DNA of 64,000 bases from Planctomycetota bacterium (GTDB lineage Bacteria; Planctomycetota; Phycisphaerae; WQYP01). The notes below the pieces were generated by a model. The model was given only the letters and a program-made list of their open reading frames with translations, ran no database searches and was not told where the DNA came from. Positions 30,474 through 40,701 of this stretch are shown here, piece after piece. The stretch's first letter is position 1; each line of letters starts with the position of its first letter. Made by a program: the position numbers and the translations under genes. The stretch is from the NCBI GenBank assembly GCA_021800165.1, contig JAJYZF010000002.1:25488-89487 (forward strand), written 5' to 3'.

Positions 30474-32078
30474 ATGGCTCTTAAGATTGCGATGGTCGGG
30501 GCGGGTTCAATCGGTTTTACGCGCGGGTTGATGCGCGACATCCTGGGCGTGCCGGAACTGGCGGATACCACCTTTAGCTTTACAGACATTTCGGAAAAGA
30601 ATCTGGATATGGTGGGGCAGCTTTGTCGCAAGGATATTGCGGCCAATAAACTTCCGGCAAAAGTGGTTGCGGCTAAAAATCCGCGGGAGGCATTTGCGGG
30701 GGCGGATTACGTGATTTCGACCATTCGCCAGGGAGGTTTGGAGGCGTTTCAGACGGACATCGATATTCCACTGAAGTACGGTGTGGACCAATGCGTGGGA
30801 GATACGATCTGTGCCGGGGGCATTATGTACGGGCAGCGCACCATTGCGGCACTTCTGGAGGTGTGCCGGGATATCAAGGCGGTGGCAAAGCCGGGGGTTT
30901 TATTTTTGAATTATTCCAATCCCATGGCCATGAACACCTGGGCCTGCAATAAATATGGGGGGGTGAAGACGATCGGGCTGTGCCATGGTATACAGGGTGG
31001 GCATTGGCAGATTACCAAGTGTATAGAGCTGTGGGCGCACAAGGAAGGGCTGATCAAGAAGGATGAAAAGCTGCATCGTCGCGATGTGGATATAATTGCC
31101 GCAGGCATCAATCACCAGACCTGGTACATCAAAGTGCAGTGGCGGGGCATGGACATGGTGCCGCGGCTTCTGGAATTGTTTCAAGCCCATCCGGAATATG
31201 CCAAGACGGAGAAAGTACGAATTGATGTGCTGCGGCGGTTTGGGTATTACTCCACGGAATCCAACGGACATTTGAGTGAATATGTTCCATGGTATCGGAA
31301 GCGGCCGGCGGAAATTAAAAATTGGATTGATCTGGGTAGTTGGATTAATGGCGAGACGGGCGGCTACTTGCGGGTATGCACCGAAGGGCGCAACTGGTTT
31401 GAGACGGATTTTCCGAACTGGCTCTCGGAACCAAGTCCGAAAATCGGACCGGAACATCGGAGTGAGGAACATGGGTCTTATATTATTGAAGGGCTGGAAA
31501 CAGGGCGGGTCTATCGCGGGCATTTTAATGTGCCCAACAGAGGCCATATCCCCAATTTACCGGATGAGGCCATCGTGGAAATTCCGGGTTATGTGGATCG
31601 CACCGGCATCAACATGCCGGTGGTGGGACCGTTGCCGTTGGCGTGTGCGGCCACCTGCGCAGTGAGTATTCGGGTGCAAGAAATGGCCATGGAGGCGGCG
31701 GTACATGGAGATGTAACCCTGCTCAAGCAGGCCATGCTTCATGATCCGCTGGTGGGGGCGGTATGCAACCCGGAAGAAGTGTGGCAAATGACCGATGAGA
31801 TGTTGGTGGCCCAGGCCCGGTGGTTGCCACAATTTAAGGCGCATATCCCGGCGGCAGCGCAGCGGCTGGCGCAGGCGGCGCAAGACGGTACGCGGGTGAA
31901 GTTACGCAGTGATTATCAGGGGGCGGCGCGCGTACACACGAAGACCGTGCAGGAAATGGCCCGTGATCGGCAAGCGGCACGGGATAACGCTTCCGCTGCA
32001 GACAAGGGTAAAATGACCAAGACCAGTACGGCGGCCGTGGGTGGGGGAGGCCAGGGGGCGAAAAGAAAACGCGGATGA
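30474..32078 (+). CDS. GH4 NAD+-dependent alpha-galactosidase/alpha-glucosidase
   Basis: KIAMVGAGS, DIDIPLKYG, GDT..AGG, NYSNPM, GLCHG, GINHQ and TESNGHLSEY motifs. Confidence 0.93.
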   Translation: MALKIAMVGAGSIGFTRGLMRDILGVPELADTTFSFTDISEKNLDMVGQLCRKDIAANKLPAKVVAAKNPREAFAGADYVISTIRQGGLEAFQTDIDIPLKYGVDQCVGDTICAGGIMYGQRTIAALLEVCRDIKAVAKPGVLFLNYSNPMAMNTWACNKYGGVKTIGLCHGIQGGHWQITKCIELWAHKEGLIKKDEKLHRRDVDIIAAGINHQTWYIKVQWRGMDMVPRLLELFQAHPEYAKTEKVRIDVLRRFGYYSTESNGHLSEYVPWYRKRPAEIKNWIDLGSWINGETGGYLRVCTEGRNWFETDFPNWLSEPSPKIGPEHRSEEHGSYIIEGLETGRVYRGHFNVPNRGHIPNLPDEAIVEIPGYVDRTGINMPVVGPLPLACAATCAVSIRVQEMAMEAAVHGDVTLLKQAMLHDPLVGAVCNPEEVWQMTDEMLVAQARWLPQFKAHIPAAAQRLAQAAQDGTRVKLRSDYQGAARVHTKTVQEMARDRQAARDNASAADKGKMTKTSTAAVGGGGQGAKRKRG

Positions 32079-32208
32079 CGGTGATGGCAGCGGTGGCTGC
32101 AACCAGGTGGTTTTCAGGCGTTTGGCTAGAGAGCGGCAGTTGTGTTGTCGCAGGCCGTTGATAGCGATAAAATAACGTCAATCAGCGGAATTGGTCGGAG
32201 TATGCGTC

Positions 32209-33300
32209 ATGAAAAAACAGCCATTGACCCTGTTGTTTGGAGCGTTGGTGTTGGCCGTGGGTGGCATGATGGCGGGATGCCAAACGGTGCAGCGGGTGAA
32301 TATTCCACCCGCCCAGGATCAGGCGGCTTACCAGCCGGTGCCTTATTCCAAACCGTTACCTCCGGGAGCCTTTGGCCAGACCGGCGGAATTGGCCAGCAT
32401 GTGCCGCTGCCGGATGAAGCCGCGTATGTGCGGGCCTATGAGGCCCAGCGCAGCCCGCGAATGATGGTGCTGGTAACGTATCCGACGAGCAAATTGGCGA
32501 TGCAAAAGACCGGCATTTTGCCCAACGATTATCAGGCCATCCAGATTTCAATGATTGATTATCTTGAGGCCGGCGGACAGGTGGATATTCAAGATCCGCA
32601 GATGGCCCAGCAGGTCTTGGATCGGGAGAGCTTTTTGCGTTTGCAAAATGGAGATCCGCGCGTGTTGCCGCTGATTCAGCATCAATTGAATACGGATATA
32701 CTGGTGGAGGTGCAGGCGGCACCGACCAATCAGGCGGCGGCGGGTCCGGCAATTCGTCTGTTGGCCCAGGCGATTGGGACCACGAATGGTCAGGTGCTGG
32801 GGGCGGAATATGTGGACATGCCGTTGCCGATGAGTAAGACCAACATCAATTTGTACACGGGCTTTCTTGCCGATAAGTTGATGCAGAAGCTCGCGAGCAT
32901 CTGGGGTGGTGTCGCGGGCGCATTTAATCCCATTAGCGTGCGGATATATAATGCGGCAACGGTCGAAGATGTGCTTAAGATTCAGCATTTTGTGGAAAAA
33001 GTGCCCGGAGTGCAGCGGGTGGTGGAACAGGGGATTACCGGTTCGAGTTCGACGGCGTATGGTACGCTGGCAGTTCAATACCAGGGGTCCCCGGCCCGCT
33101 TTTACCTGGCGTTAAAGAGAGAACTGGGTGTTTCCAGCGGGCTTAAGGCGACGGATATCCAAAACAACACGGTGGATATGGAAATTACCGGGCCGATGAC
33201 GTTGAAAACGACGTCGATTACGACCAGAACGCAGGTACGTACGGAAACGCAGACTGTTACCAAGACCGTACAGGATAATCCAATTCAGCCGGCCAAATGA
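32209..33300 (+). CDS. lipoprotein of unknown function
   Basis: Signal peptide with lipobox MAGC; globular alpha/beta body. Confidence 0.75.
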   Translation: MKKQPLTLLFGALVLAVGGMMAGCQTVQRVNIPPAQDQAAYQPVPYSKPLPPGAFGQTGGIGQHVPLPDEAAYVRAYEAQRSPRMMVLVTYPTSKLAMQKTGILPNDYQAIQISMIDYLEAGGQVDIQDPQMAQQVLDRESFLRLQNGDPRVLPLIQHQLNTDILVEVQAAPTNQAAAGPAIRLLAQAIGTTNGQVLGAEYVDMPLPMSKTNINLYTGFLADKLMQKLASIWGGVAGAFNPISVRIYNAATVEDVLKIQHFVEKVPGVQRVVEQGITGSSSTAYGTLAVQYQGSPARFYLALKRELGVSSGLKATDIQNNTVDMEITGPMTLKTTSITTRTQVRTETQTVTKTVQDNPIQPAK

Positions 33301-33344
33301 TGGTGCAGGCCACGAGAATTGTACTTTCGGCAAAGGGTATTTTT

Positions 33345-33809
33345 ATGTTGAACCGACGGGTGTCTTTACAGGATCGGGCGTTGCCGGGCGGAAGGCGGGT
33401 GGGCCGTGGGGCGGGATTGCGGGTGGCCATGTTTCTGGGAGTGGTGTTGTTGGGGGTGGGGTTGGCGGGATGCGGGCCGATTGTGCCGTTTCAAGATAAC
33501 ATGAACCCGTATCCGCAGGTGGAGTTAACGAATTGGAATCTGCTGGGTAAGATCGTGGTACGCGAGCCAATTGCTTCGCGGGTGGGCGACGGGCAGTTGC
33601 ACATTGTGGTGCCGCTGCGGAATTTGACGGGGCATGAACTGTACCTGGAATATCAGTATCGCTTCTTAAATGCCAAGGGTGTGCAGGTGGAGCAAACGTC
33701 CGGCTGGAACACGGTTCGGGTACAGGCGCATGGGATGGCGCAGATTCATTTTACCAGTTTAACGGCGCTAGCCAACGATTTTAATGTGGACATTCGGCCG
33801 CTGCAGTAG
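33345..33809 (+). CDS. YcfL/DUF1425-like lipoprotein
   Basis: Lipobox LAGC; 'LRNLT...LEYQYRFLNAKG...SGW' pattern of YcfL. Confidence 0.75.
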   Translation: MLNRRVSLQDRALPGGRRVGRGAGLRVAMFLGVVLLGVGLAGCGPIVPFQDNMNPYPQVELTNWNLLGKIVVREPIASRVGDGQLHIVVPLRNLTGHELYLEYQYRFLNAKGVQVEQTSGWNTVRVQAHGMAQIHFTSLTALANDFNVDIRPLQ

Positions 33810-33854
33810 GTCAAACGCGAATGTGGTGCCAGGCCACAGGGTGTTGCCTGTTGG

Positions 33855-34607
33855 CTATGGTTGGGTCGGCATCCCGGCGGTGCCCAAATAGCGCTGAAAA
33901 AAGGCCGATGTCAAATTCCAAGCGTCGGCGGCCACCGCGGGGTTGTGGCTATCGCGGTGGTCATTGGCAAAGGCGTGACCGGCTCCGGAGAATACGTGCA
34001 GACCAAAAGTTTTCCCGGCCGCGGCCAGGGCGGCGGTAATGCGGCCAATTTCTTCAGGTAAAATGGCCTTGTCTTGGGCACCGTAATGAAGCAGCAGCGG
34101 TGATTGAATCTGGGAAATAGCGGGCAGGAGAGAAGGAACCGCTGCGTAGCGCGGATCTTTCGAGTCTATCCCGCCACCGTAATATGCGACTGTGGCTTGA
34201 ATGTGGTCGCCCAGGGCGGTGGCGGCGAGAAAGGCCCATCGGCCTCCGAGACAAAAGCCCATCTGTCCGGTATGGCCTGGTAAGACGCGGGGATGGTTTT
34301 GCAAAAAGGTGACCGAATCGCGGGCGTGGGTTACAAATTGGGTATCGGTGATGGCGCGGGCGGCCGACAACGCCGCCGGCACTTCGTGGTAGCCAAATAC
34401 CTTTCCGCCCAGCACATCCGGCACCAAGGCCACGTAGCCCATGGCGGCAACTTTGCGTGCCAGTGCCTTAAAGTGTTCGTCAAGACCGAAAATCTCATAG
34501 TAAATCAGGATCGCGGGGCAGGGATGCGCGCCGGGCGGTATAGCCAGAAAGCCTTTGAGATTGGGGGAAATTGGCACCGACTGGGTCTGAATTTCTGCGT
34601 TGATCAT
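33855..34607 (-). CDS. dienelactone hydrolase family protein
   Basis: EIFGL, nucleophile GFCLGG, YYGG, HYGAQD and AGHAF. Confidence 0.93.
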   Translation of the reverse strand: MINAEIQTQSVPISPNLKGFLAIPPGAHPCPAILIYYEIFGLDEHFKALARKVAAMGYVALVPDVLGGKVFGYHEVPAALSAARAITDTQFVTHARDSVTFLQNHPRVLPGHTGQMGFCLGGRWAFLAATALGDHIQATVAYYGGGIDSKDPRYAAVPSLLPAISQIQSPLLLHYGAQDKAILPEEIGRITAALAAAGKTFGLHVFSGAGHAFANDHRDSHNPAVAADAWNLTSAFFQRYLGTAGMPTQP

Positions 34608-34882
34608 ACCAATCATCCTGTTTTATGAGGTTAGCATTATCGTCTCCCGATTATCATAGCTACGGAGGCCCAAGACGGCCAGATGGAGCGGTTTGATTGC
34701 CTGCGGTGTGAGAAAAACTAAGAGCAAGAGCCATTGAGAGGTGGTGGAAACGCAAGCGGTGTGCTCGGCGGCCCGGCGGCAGAGTGCCGACGGGACATCC
34801 GGCACGATCGGTGGGACGGGCAACTCCACGCGGTTGCGGCCACAGGCGCGAGGGGGCGCTGCCCGTGGGGGAGGATTCGGGC

Positions 34883-35962
34883 TTAGCGAGGGCGTGCCGA
34901 CAGATCTTTGGATGCGGCAGAAAAATTGATGGATTGTGGCACGGGATGGCGGTCCTTTGCGGACGGGCTGCTTTTTCTCCAGGATCTGGGCGAACGGCTG
35001 GTGTGCTTGCGAAACACGGTGGCAAAATATTGACTGGAGGCAAATCCACATTCCTGGGCGACCTGGGTAATGGACAACCGCGGCCGTTGGAGCAAAAGTC
35101 GTTGTCCCCGGCTCACGCGGCAGGCCTCGAGAAATTGGCGGGGAGTCATGTTGGTTAGTTCCCGGCAATAATGGCTGAATTGGCTGCGGCCCAAATGGCA
35201 CTGACGGGCCATGGAGGAGAGGTTCCAGTTTGGTCCGGGCTGTGGACGGATCTGGGATAGAAACAATTCCACGCGTTTTTGGGCCTCGATGGGAACAAGG
35301 TTGGGTTGAGTGCGGCGATGTTGCAACATTTCCAGAATGGCCACCAGCAGTTCGTTGATATGCAAAGCCAAGCGCGTGGCTGTGTGGGCATCAAAGGGGG
35401 CGGTGATGGTTTCGCCGAGCCGTTGGAAATAGACTTCCATCTCCGGAGCGGCCGGCCAGACCGATTGGTTGTTTTCGCAGAGCAACCGGGTGAGGCGGCG
35501 CTGATCCGTCGGCGAACAGACCAACCAATTGGGCCAACGCCAGGCCTGCTGGGGCCGCCGTACTCCCACGTCCAGGATCAGCCAATAAAGTCGGCTGGCC
35601 GCGACGTGAGGATTGCCCACGCGATGAATTTGCCAGGGCCGGCAAAGTGTCAGATCGCCCTTGCGCAGCGCATGGGGTACTTCATCAACGGCGAAGCTTA
35701 GATTTCCACGGGCCAGATAGGTTAATTCCAAGCCTTCGTTGCGATGCCAATCAAGTCCCCAGGTTTGGGGATGGGCGGCGTTCCAGAGGCCTACCGAACG
35801 CAATTCAGGCAGAACATGCGGCGGCAGTCGTTGGCCAGGGTACCCGCCACGGGCCAAGGCCTTGAGCGTCACCTGGCCATGGGCTGCCGCAGCCCGCAGA
35901 GAGCGGCAGGTATCGGCGTGATAAATGGTTTGCCCGGTCTTAAGCATTTTGTGTACCGTCAT
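34883..35962 (-). CDS. AraC family transcriptional regulator
   Basis: Cupin WHRNEGLE...PWQIH; C-terminal HTH SITQVAQECGFASSQYFATVFRK; divergent from the ThuA operon. Start uncertain. Confidence 0.92.
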   Translation of the reverse strand: MTVHKMLKTGQTIYHADTCRSLRAAAAHGQVTLKALARGGYPGQRLPPHVLPELRSVGLWNAAHPQTWGLDWHRNEGLELTYLARGNLSFAVDEVPHALRKGDLTLCRPWQIHRVGNPHVAASRLYWLILDVGVRRPQQAWRWPNWLVCSPTDQRRLTRLLCENNQSVWPAAPEMEVYFQRLGETITAPFDAHTATRLALHINELLVAILEMLQHRRTQPNLVPIEAQKRVELFLSQIRPQPGPNWNLSSMARQCHLGRSQFSHYCRELTNMTPRQFLEACRVSRGQRLLLQRPRLSITQVAQECGFASSQYFATVFRKHTSRSPRSWRKSSPSAKDRHPVPQSINFSAASKDLSARPR

Positions 35963-36149
35963 GAAAGCCAATGGGCAATGTTCAAGATTTACCACTGCCC
36001 ATTTGTGGAAGATTATGCCATTGCCTGCGGTCATAATCAAACTGGCAAACGGGGCCACGTGGCGGCCTGAAGGCGCTGTGGCGCGGCTTGGCGGCTTGCC
36101 GGGGTGTGGTAGGGGTGGCTGCAAAGAAGGCAACGTTGGAGAAGTGTGT

Positions 36150-36818
36150 ATGAAAAATATAGTATTTCATATTGGCGGGCCGGAGTTTCATCCGGTGGAG
36201 CAGCAATCGCAGGTCATTGCCGGGTGGTTGGGTTCGGCGTTTGATTACCGCTGGTACGACGGTGTGGATGCGTTTGAGCATTTGGATAGTTGCGATTTAT
36301 TGGTGTTGATGGGGCTGCATTGGAGGGGAATGGCTCCTCTGCCATACCGGCCGATGCGGGAGAATCACCAGAAAGCATTTCGAGACTACGTGGCTTCGGG
36401 GCGGCCATTGATTGCCCACCATGGTGCCATCGCCAGTTATGATGATTGGCCGAATTTTGGGGGTCTGATCGGTTTTTCGTGGGTGTGGAACCTGACCACT
36501 CATTCACCGGTGGGCGATTACACCATCGGCGTGCTGACCAGTGGTCATCCGGTGGTTCGCGGGGTGGTGGATTACCGCCTGCATGATGAGTTGTACTACA
36601 ACATTCAGATTGCCGCGGAATTTAAGCCGACGATACACGCGCAAGTGCTGTGGGATTTGCAGCGGCGGCCGATGGTGATGACGGCGGAGGGCGGGCGGAT
36701 TGCGGGAGCAGGCAAAGTTGTATATCTGGCCAACGGCCATGATATGCGGGCATTTGAAAGTTCGGCATTGCAGCGGCTGTGGATCAACGCGGTGAAATGG
36801 TGTTTGAATATGCAATGA
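36150..36818 (+). CDS. ThuA-like domain protein
   Basis: YVASGRPLIAHH, HPVVRG, DELY and GKVVYLANGHD...NAVKW; RBS GGAG. Confidence 0.85.
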   Translation: MKNIVFHIGGPEFHPVEQQSQVIAGWLGSAFDYRWYDGVDAFEHLDSCDLLVLMGLHWRGMAPLPYRPMRENHQKAFRDYVASGRPLIAHHGAIASYDDWPNFGGLIGFSWVWNLTTHSPVGDYTIGVLTSGHPVVRGVVDYRLHDELYYNIQIAAEFKPTIHAQVLWDLQRRPMVMTAEGGRIAGAGKVVYLANGHDMRAFESSALQRLWINAVKWCLNMQ

Positions 36819-36856
36819 CTACAGGAAACTGAGAATTTTTATAAAGGAAACAACGC

Positions 36857-37909
36857 ATGGAAAAGAAGTACAAAGCGGCGATTATTGGGGTGGGAGCGGC
36901 CAAGGCCAGCGGTAATAAGGGCGGAGGCCATCAGATTGCCTATGCCCATGCCACCGCGTATCAAGGTAATCCGCGGGTGGAGTTGGAATCGGGTGTGGAT
37001 ATCAACGCGGAGAATCTCAAGGCTTTCCAGCATAAATTTAACGTGCCAAAGGGATTTGGCGATTATCAAAGGATGCTCAAAGAAACGCGGCCAGATTTGG
37101 TCAGCATTTGCACGTATGTGGGACTGCACCATGCGATGATTGCCGCGGGGGCCGCCGCGGGGGTCAAGGGAATTATCTGCGAGAAGCCCTTTGTGATTAG
37201 TCCGGCGGCCCTGAAAGAGGTGCAGCGGGCCGTGCAAAAAACGGGAGTGAAGATTCAGGTGTGTCATATTCGCCGCTATTTACCATCTTTTATACGGGCC
37301 AGGGACTTGTATCAATCGGGTGCGGTGGGTGAGCCGCTGATGTGCATTGCCGGCATCGCCGGGTGGGATCTTTCCGAATGGGGTTCACATTGGTTGGATA
37401 TGTTCCGCTTTTTTCATGGCGACAGGGCGGTGCGGTGGGTGTTTGGGCAGGCGCGCGTGCGGGGCCTGCGGGGTTATGGCCACGCCATGGAAGATCACGC
37501 GGTGGCGTACTTTGAATTTGACGGCGGAGGCAAAGGAATTCTGGATGGCGGCATGGCCATGAACGGTCCGTGGACGATGACGCTGGTGGGCACACAAGGG
37601 ACGATTCGTATTGAGCGTGAAGACACGGTTGTGGTCGACACGGCCGCGGGGCGGAAGACGGAAAAGTTTTCCATCGATTATGGGCAACTCTGGCACCAGA
37701 TGGTGGCCGATATGTTGGCGTGGATTGAAGGCGGCTCGGAACCGGTGACGGGCTTTACCAGCATGGCCAAATCGGCGGAGCTTAATTTGGCGGCATATAT
37801 CAGTGCGGTACGTGGAGACCGTGTGGATCTGCCGCTGAAGGATGCGGATGAACAGATCGATGAATGGCCAGTGGAAGTGCTGGCGCGGCGTAAGCAATCC
37901 GGGCAGTGA
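36857..37909 (+). CDS. Gfo/Idh/MocA family oxidoreductase
   Basis: AIIGVG, PDLVSICT...H, CEKP and GSHWLD. Confidence 0.92.
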   Translation: MEKKYKAAIIGVGAAKASGNKGGGHQIAYAHATAYQGNPRVELESGVDINAENLKAFQHKFNVPKGFGDYQRMLKETRPDLVSICTYVGLHHAMIAAGAAAGVKGIICEKPFVISPAALKEVQRAVQKTGVKIQVCHIRRYLPSFIRARDLYQSGAVGEPLMCIAGIAGWDLSEWGSHWLDMFRFFHGDRAVRWVFGQARVRGLRGYGHAMEDHAVAYFEFDGGGKGILDGGMAMNGPWTMTLVGTQGTIRIEREDTVVVDTAAGRKTEKFSIDYGQLWHQMVADMLAWIEGGSEPVTGFTSMAKSAELNLAAYISAVRGDRVDLPLKDADEQIDEWPVEVLARRKQSGQ

Positions 37910-37944
37910 CTTGGCGTGGATGATCATGGATAGGAGATTTTATC

Positions 37945-38769
37945 ATGGGAAAAATCAGTTTGGGCATCAACATGGAATTTGTCCGCCACGACGATAAACC
38001 GTTTGAATGGGGGGTGGAAAAAGCGGCGGCATTGGGCTACAGCTATGTGGAACCGATGGTGCATTGGGGCCGGGAATTGCTAAGTGAAGCAGGTTATTTT
38101 CATAGCGTGTCCATGCTGGACGATCCGTACCGGGTGAAACGCGCGTGCGAGAAAGCGGGCATAAAACTCTCGGGGCTTTCTTCGCATACGCCATTGGGGC
38201 GGCCGGAAATCGGCACCGAATATCTGAAACAGGCGGTGCGGTTTGCGGCGGAATGTGGGGCGCCGGTGGTGAACACGGATGAAGGCCCCAAGGCCCCCTG
38301 GACGACGGAGGAAGAAGATTTTGTGTTGATGAAATATACATTGCGCGAGGTGGCCGCCGTGGCCGAACCACGCAAGGTGCTCCTGGGGTTGGAACCGCAT
38401 CAGCAATACAGTAAAAATCCCGCGGGGTTGGATCGAATATGGCAGTTGGTATCGTCGCCGGTGATAGGAATTAACTTCGATACGGGCAACAGTTATCTGT
38501 GCGGGCATGATCCCTACCGGTGGTTGGAGCGGGTGAAAGACCGGCTGGTGCATCTGCACGCCAAGGATATTTCCGACAGTCAATCCAGCGCCGAGCGTGG
38601 TAAAGTGACGGGTACAGCGGTGGGCTGTGCGTGCGGTGAGGGCGTGATCGACTGGGCGAGGGTGATTCAAATTTGCCGCAGTTGTCCGCGGGATATTGTG
38701 CTAAGCGTGGAATGTGGCACGGTGGCCCAGGCCGAGAGCAGCATTGGTCATTTGCGTCGTCTGCTGTAG
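37945..38769 (+). CDS. sugar phosphate isomerase/epimerase (xylose-isomerase-like TIM barrel)
   Basis: LEPH, INFDTGN, HLHAKD, GEGVIDW and LSVE metal-binding motifs. Confidence 0.92.
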   Translation: MGKISLGINMEFVRHDDKPFEWGVEKAAALGYSYVEPMVHWGRELLSEAGYFHSVSMLDDPYRVKRACEKAGIKLSGLSSHTPLGRPEIGTEYLKQAVRFAAECGAPVVNTDEGPKAPWTTEEEDFVLMKYTLREVAAVAEPRKVLLGLEPHQQYSKNPAGLDRIWQLVSSPVIGINFDTGNSYLCGHDPYRWLERVKDRLVHLHAKDISDSQSSAERGKVTGTAVGCACGEGVIDWARVIQICRSCPRDIVLSVECGTVAQAESSIGHLRRLL

Positions 38770-38802
38770 AGTTGCGTGTGGTTGGTCTTAGAGGATTGAA
38801 AG

Positions 38803-39873
38803 ATGAATGCCCTGCGGGTTGGTTTGGTGGGCTGTGGTGGAATTTCCGCTGCGCATCTGGGTGCCCATCGCGAATATCCGGACCAGTTTCGCTATACCGC
38901 GGTGTGCGACCTGGTGGAAGCGAGTGCCTGCCGCCGGGCCGCGGAACTCGGCCACGTGTCGGTTTATACGGATCCGGCCAAGATGCTGGCGGAAGCAGAT
39001 ATTGAAGCGGTTGATATTTGTACTGTGCACGACCAACATGCGGCGCTGGCGATCGCGGCCGTGCGGGCAGGCAAACATGTGATAGTGGAAAAGCCCATGG
39101 CCTGCTCGCTGGAGGAGTGCCGCGGCATGATTGCGGCGGCTGAAAAGGCGGGCGTGATCTTGATGGTGGCGCAGATGCAGCGGTATGATCCTGGTTATCA
39201 GAAATTGAAGCAAATCATCAAGTCGGGCGAACTTGGACCGATTCGCGCCATGCGGATGGATGCCATGCAGGATGGGGTGGAGGCGCTGGTGGGAAATTCC
39301 TGGCTGCTGGATGGCAAGCGTGCCGGCGGCGGTGTGGTGATCAGTGTGCTGGTGCATAAAATTGATCTGGCCCGCTATCTTATCGGTGAAGTCGTGCGTG
39401 TGACGGCCATTACCCGCCAATTGCATCCGATGTTTAAAAATGGGGCGGAAGATTACGCCGCGGCCATTCTGGAATTTGAAAACCGGGCGATCGGTGAACT
39501 GTTCGGCACCTATTCCGGCTTTCGCCAGCCTTACAGCGAGATGTTTATGATTTTCGGCGATCATGGGAGCATCCACGCATTGCCGCCGGTGGGTCAATAT
39601 GCCGGCCCGGCGTATATGGCTTCCCGCAAGCGAAGTCCGGCCTTCAAAGAATGGTCTGATCAGTACGGAGGGTTTACACCTGTGGTCGGCGATGCGGGTG
39701 CGCTGCCCACGGCAAATTCTTTCACCAATGAACTTCTGCATTTTGCGGACTGCTGTCGGAGCGGGCGCGAGCCGCTTTCTTCCGGTAAAGATAATCTGGG
39801 TACCATGAAAGTGGTCTTGGGCATTTATGAATCGGCCCGCACGGGTATGCCCGTTGAACTCAAGGAGCTTTAA
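38803..39873 (+). CDS. Gfo/Idh/MocA family oxidoreductase
   Basis: GLVGCGGI, GKHVIVEKP and GGGVVI...HKID. Confidence 0.94.
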   Translation: MNALRVGLVGCGGISAAHLGAHREYPDQFRYTAVCDLVEASACRRAAELGHVSVYTDPAKMLAEADIEAVDICTVHDQHAALAIAAVRAGKHVIVEKPMACSLEECRGMIAAAEKAGVILMVAQMQRYDPGYQKLKQIIKSGELGPIRAMRMDAMQDGVEALVGNSWLLDGKRAGGGVVISVLVHKIDLARYLIGEVVRVTAITRQLHPMFKNGAEDYAAAILEFENRAIGELFGTYSGFRQPYSEMFMIFGDHGSIHALPPVGQYAGPAYMASRKRSPAFKEWSDQYGGFTPVVGDAGALPTANSFTNELLHFADCCRSGREPLSSGKDNLGTMKVVLGIYESARTGMPVELKEL

Positions 39874-39876
39874 GCG

Positions 39877-40701
39877 ATGAAATTGCAGATCGGGGATGAT
39901 CGTGTGGACTTTTACAGCGGGAGTGTATTGGCCGGTCGCTACAATATCCAGCATTCACTTAAGCCGTTTTTACATCCATTGAACACCCCGGAGGGGCGGA
40001 GCGTTTCAATAGCCAGCCCTCACGATCATCGTCATCATAAGGGCCTCATGTATGCTTTGCGCACCCGGGAGATCAACTTCTGGGAAGAAAGTGCCACCGC
40101 CGCCGACGAAGCGGTGGGGCGGCAGCGCCATGTTGGGTTGAGCGATGTGGTGATGGATGGTGAAGAAGTGGGGTTTGTAGAGAGTCTGGTGTGGGAAGCT
40201 GTGGACGGGGGAAAACCGGTCTTTGAGGAAAACCGCGAACTCCGCGTTGGTCACAATGGCAGCGGGTTTGCCTGGACATGGGGCACCCGCATTACGGTTC
40301 GGCGGGAAAGCCGTCTAATCAAAAGTCAATGGAGTTGGGCCTTACCCGATGGGCGGCGCATTAACTACCATGGGCTTGGTCTGCGGCTGGCGCGGTCGTT
40401 TGGCGGCACCGGCGGCCACAGGCTGGTTTTGGATGGTCGAGAAACCGGCTTTTTGGAGGCGATGGGGCAGATTGCCCGGCGGGTGATGTTTACGGGCACG
40501 TTGGATCCGGTGTGGCCGCAATGGCCCGCGCCGCAGGCCGCCGTTACTTTCGAGCAGGAACAGCGCAACGGATTGTTTGTGCTGGAATCGCCATTTGCGT
40601 TCATGAGCATGGGGCCGAGCAACTTGGAAGAGATGGATTTATCCGCGGGAGAAGTTGTGAAGGAAACATATCACATCCATGTGGCGGATGTGTTGCCATA
40701 G
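39877..40701 (+). CDS. 'PmoA-family' (DUF6807-like) beta-sandwich protein of sugar-catabolic operons
   Basis: KPFLHPL.TP.G, DHRHHKGL, NFW and Y.GLGLR motifs; soluble, not methane monooxygenase. Confidence 0.8.
   Translation: MKLQIGDDRVDFYSGSVLAGRYNIQHSLKPFLHPLNTPEGRSVSIASPHDHRHHKGLMYALRTREINFWEESATAADEAVGRQRHVGLSDVVMDGEEVGFVESLVWEAVDGGKPVFEENRELRVGHNGSGFAWTWGTRITVRRESRLIKSQWSWALPDGRRINYHGLGLRLARSFGGTGGHRLVLDGRETGFLEAMGQIARRVMFTGTLDPVWPQWPAPQAAVTFEQEQRNGLFVLESPFAFMSMGPSNLEEMDLSAGEVVKETYHIHVADVLP

Noticed and set aside
39877-40701. 'PmoA' label suggesting methane oxidation
   Set aside because: Soluble protein of the misnamed family found in sugar operons; no pmoCAB genes or TM helices.
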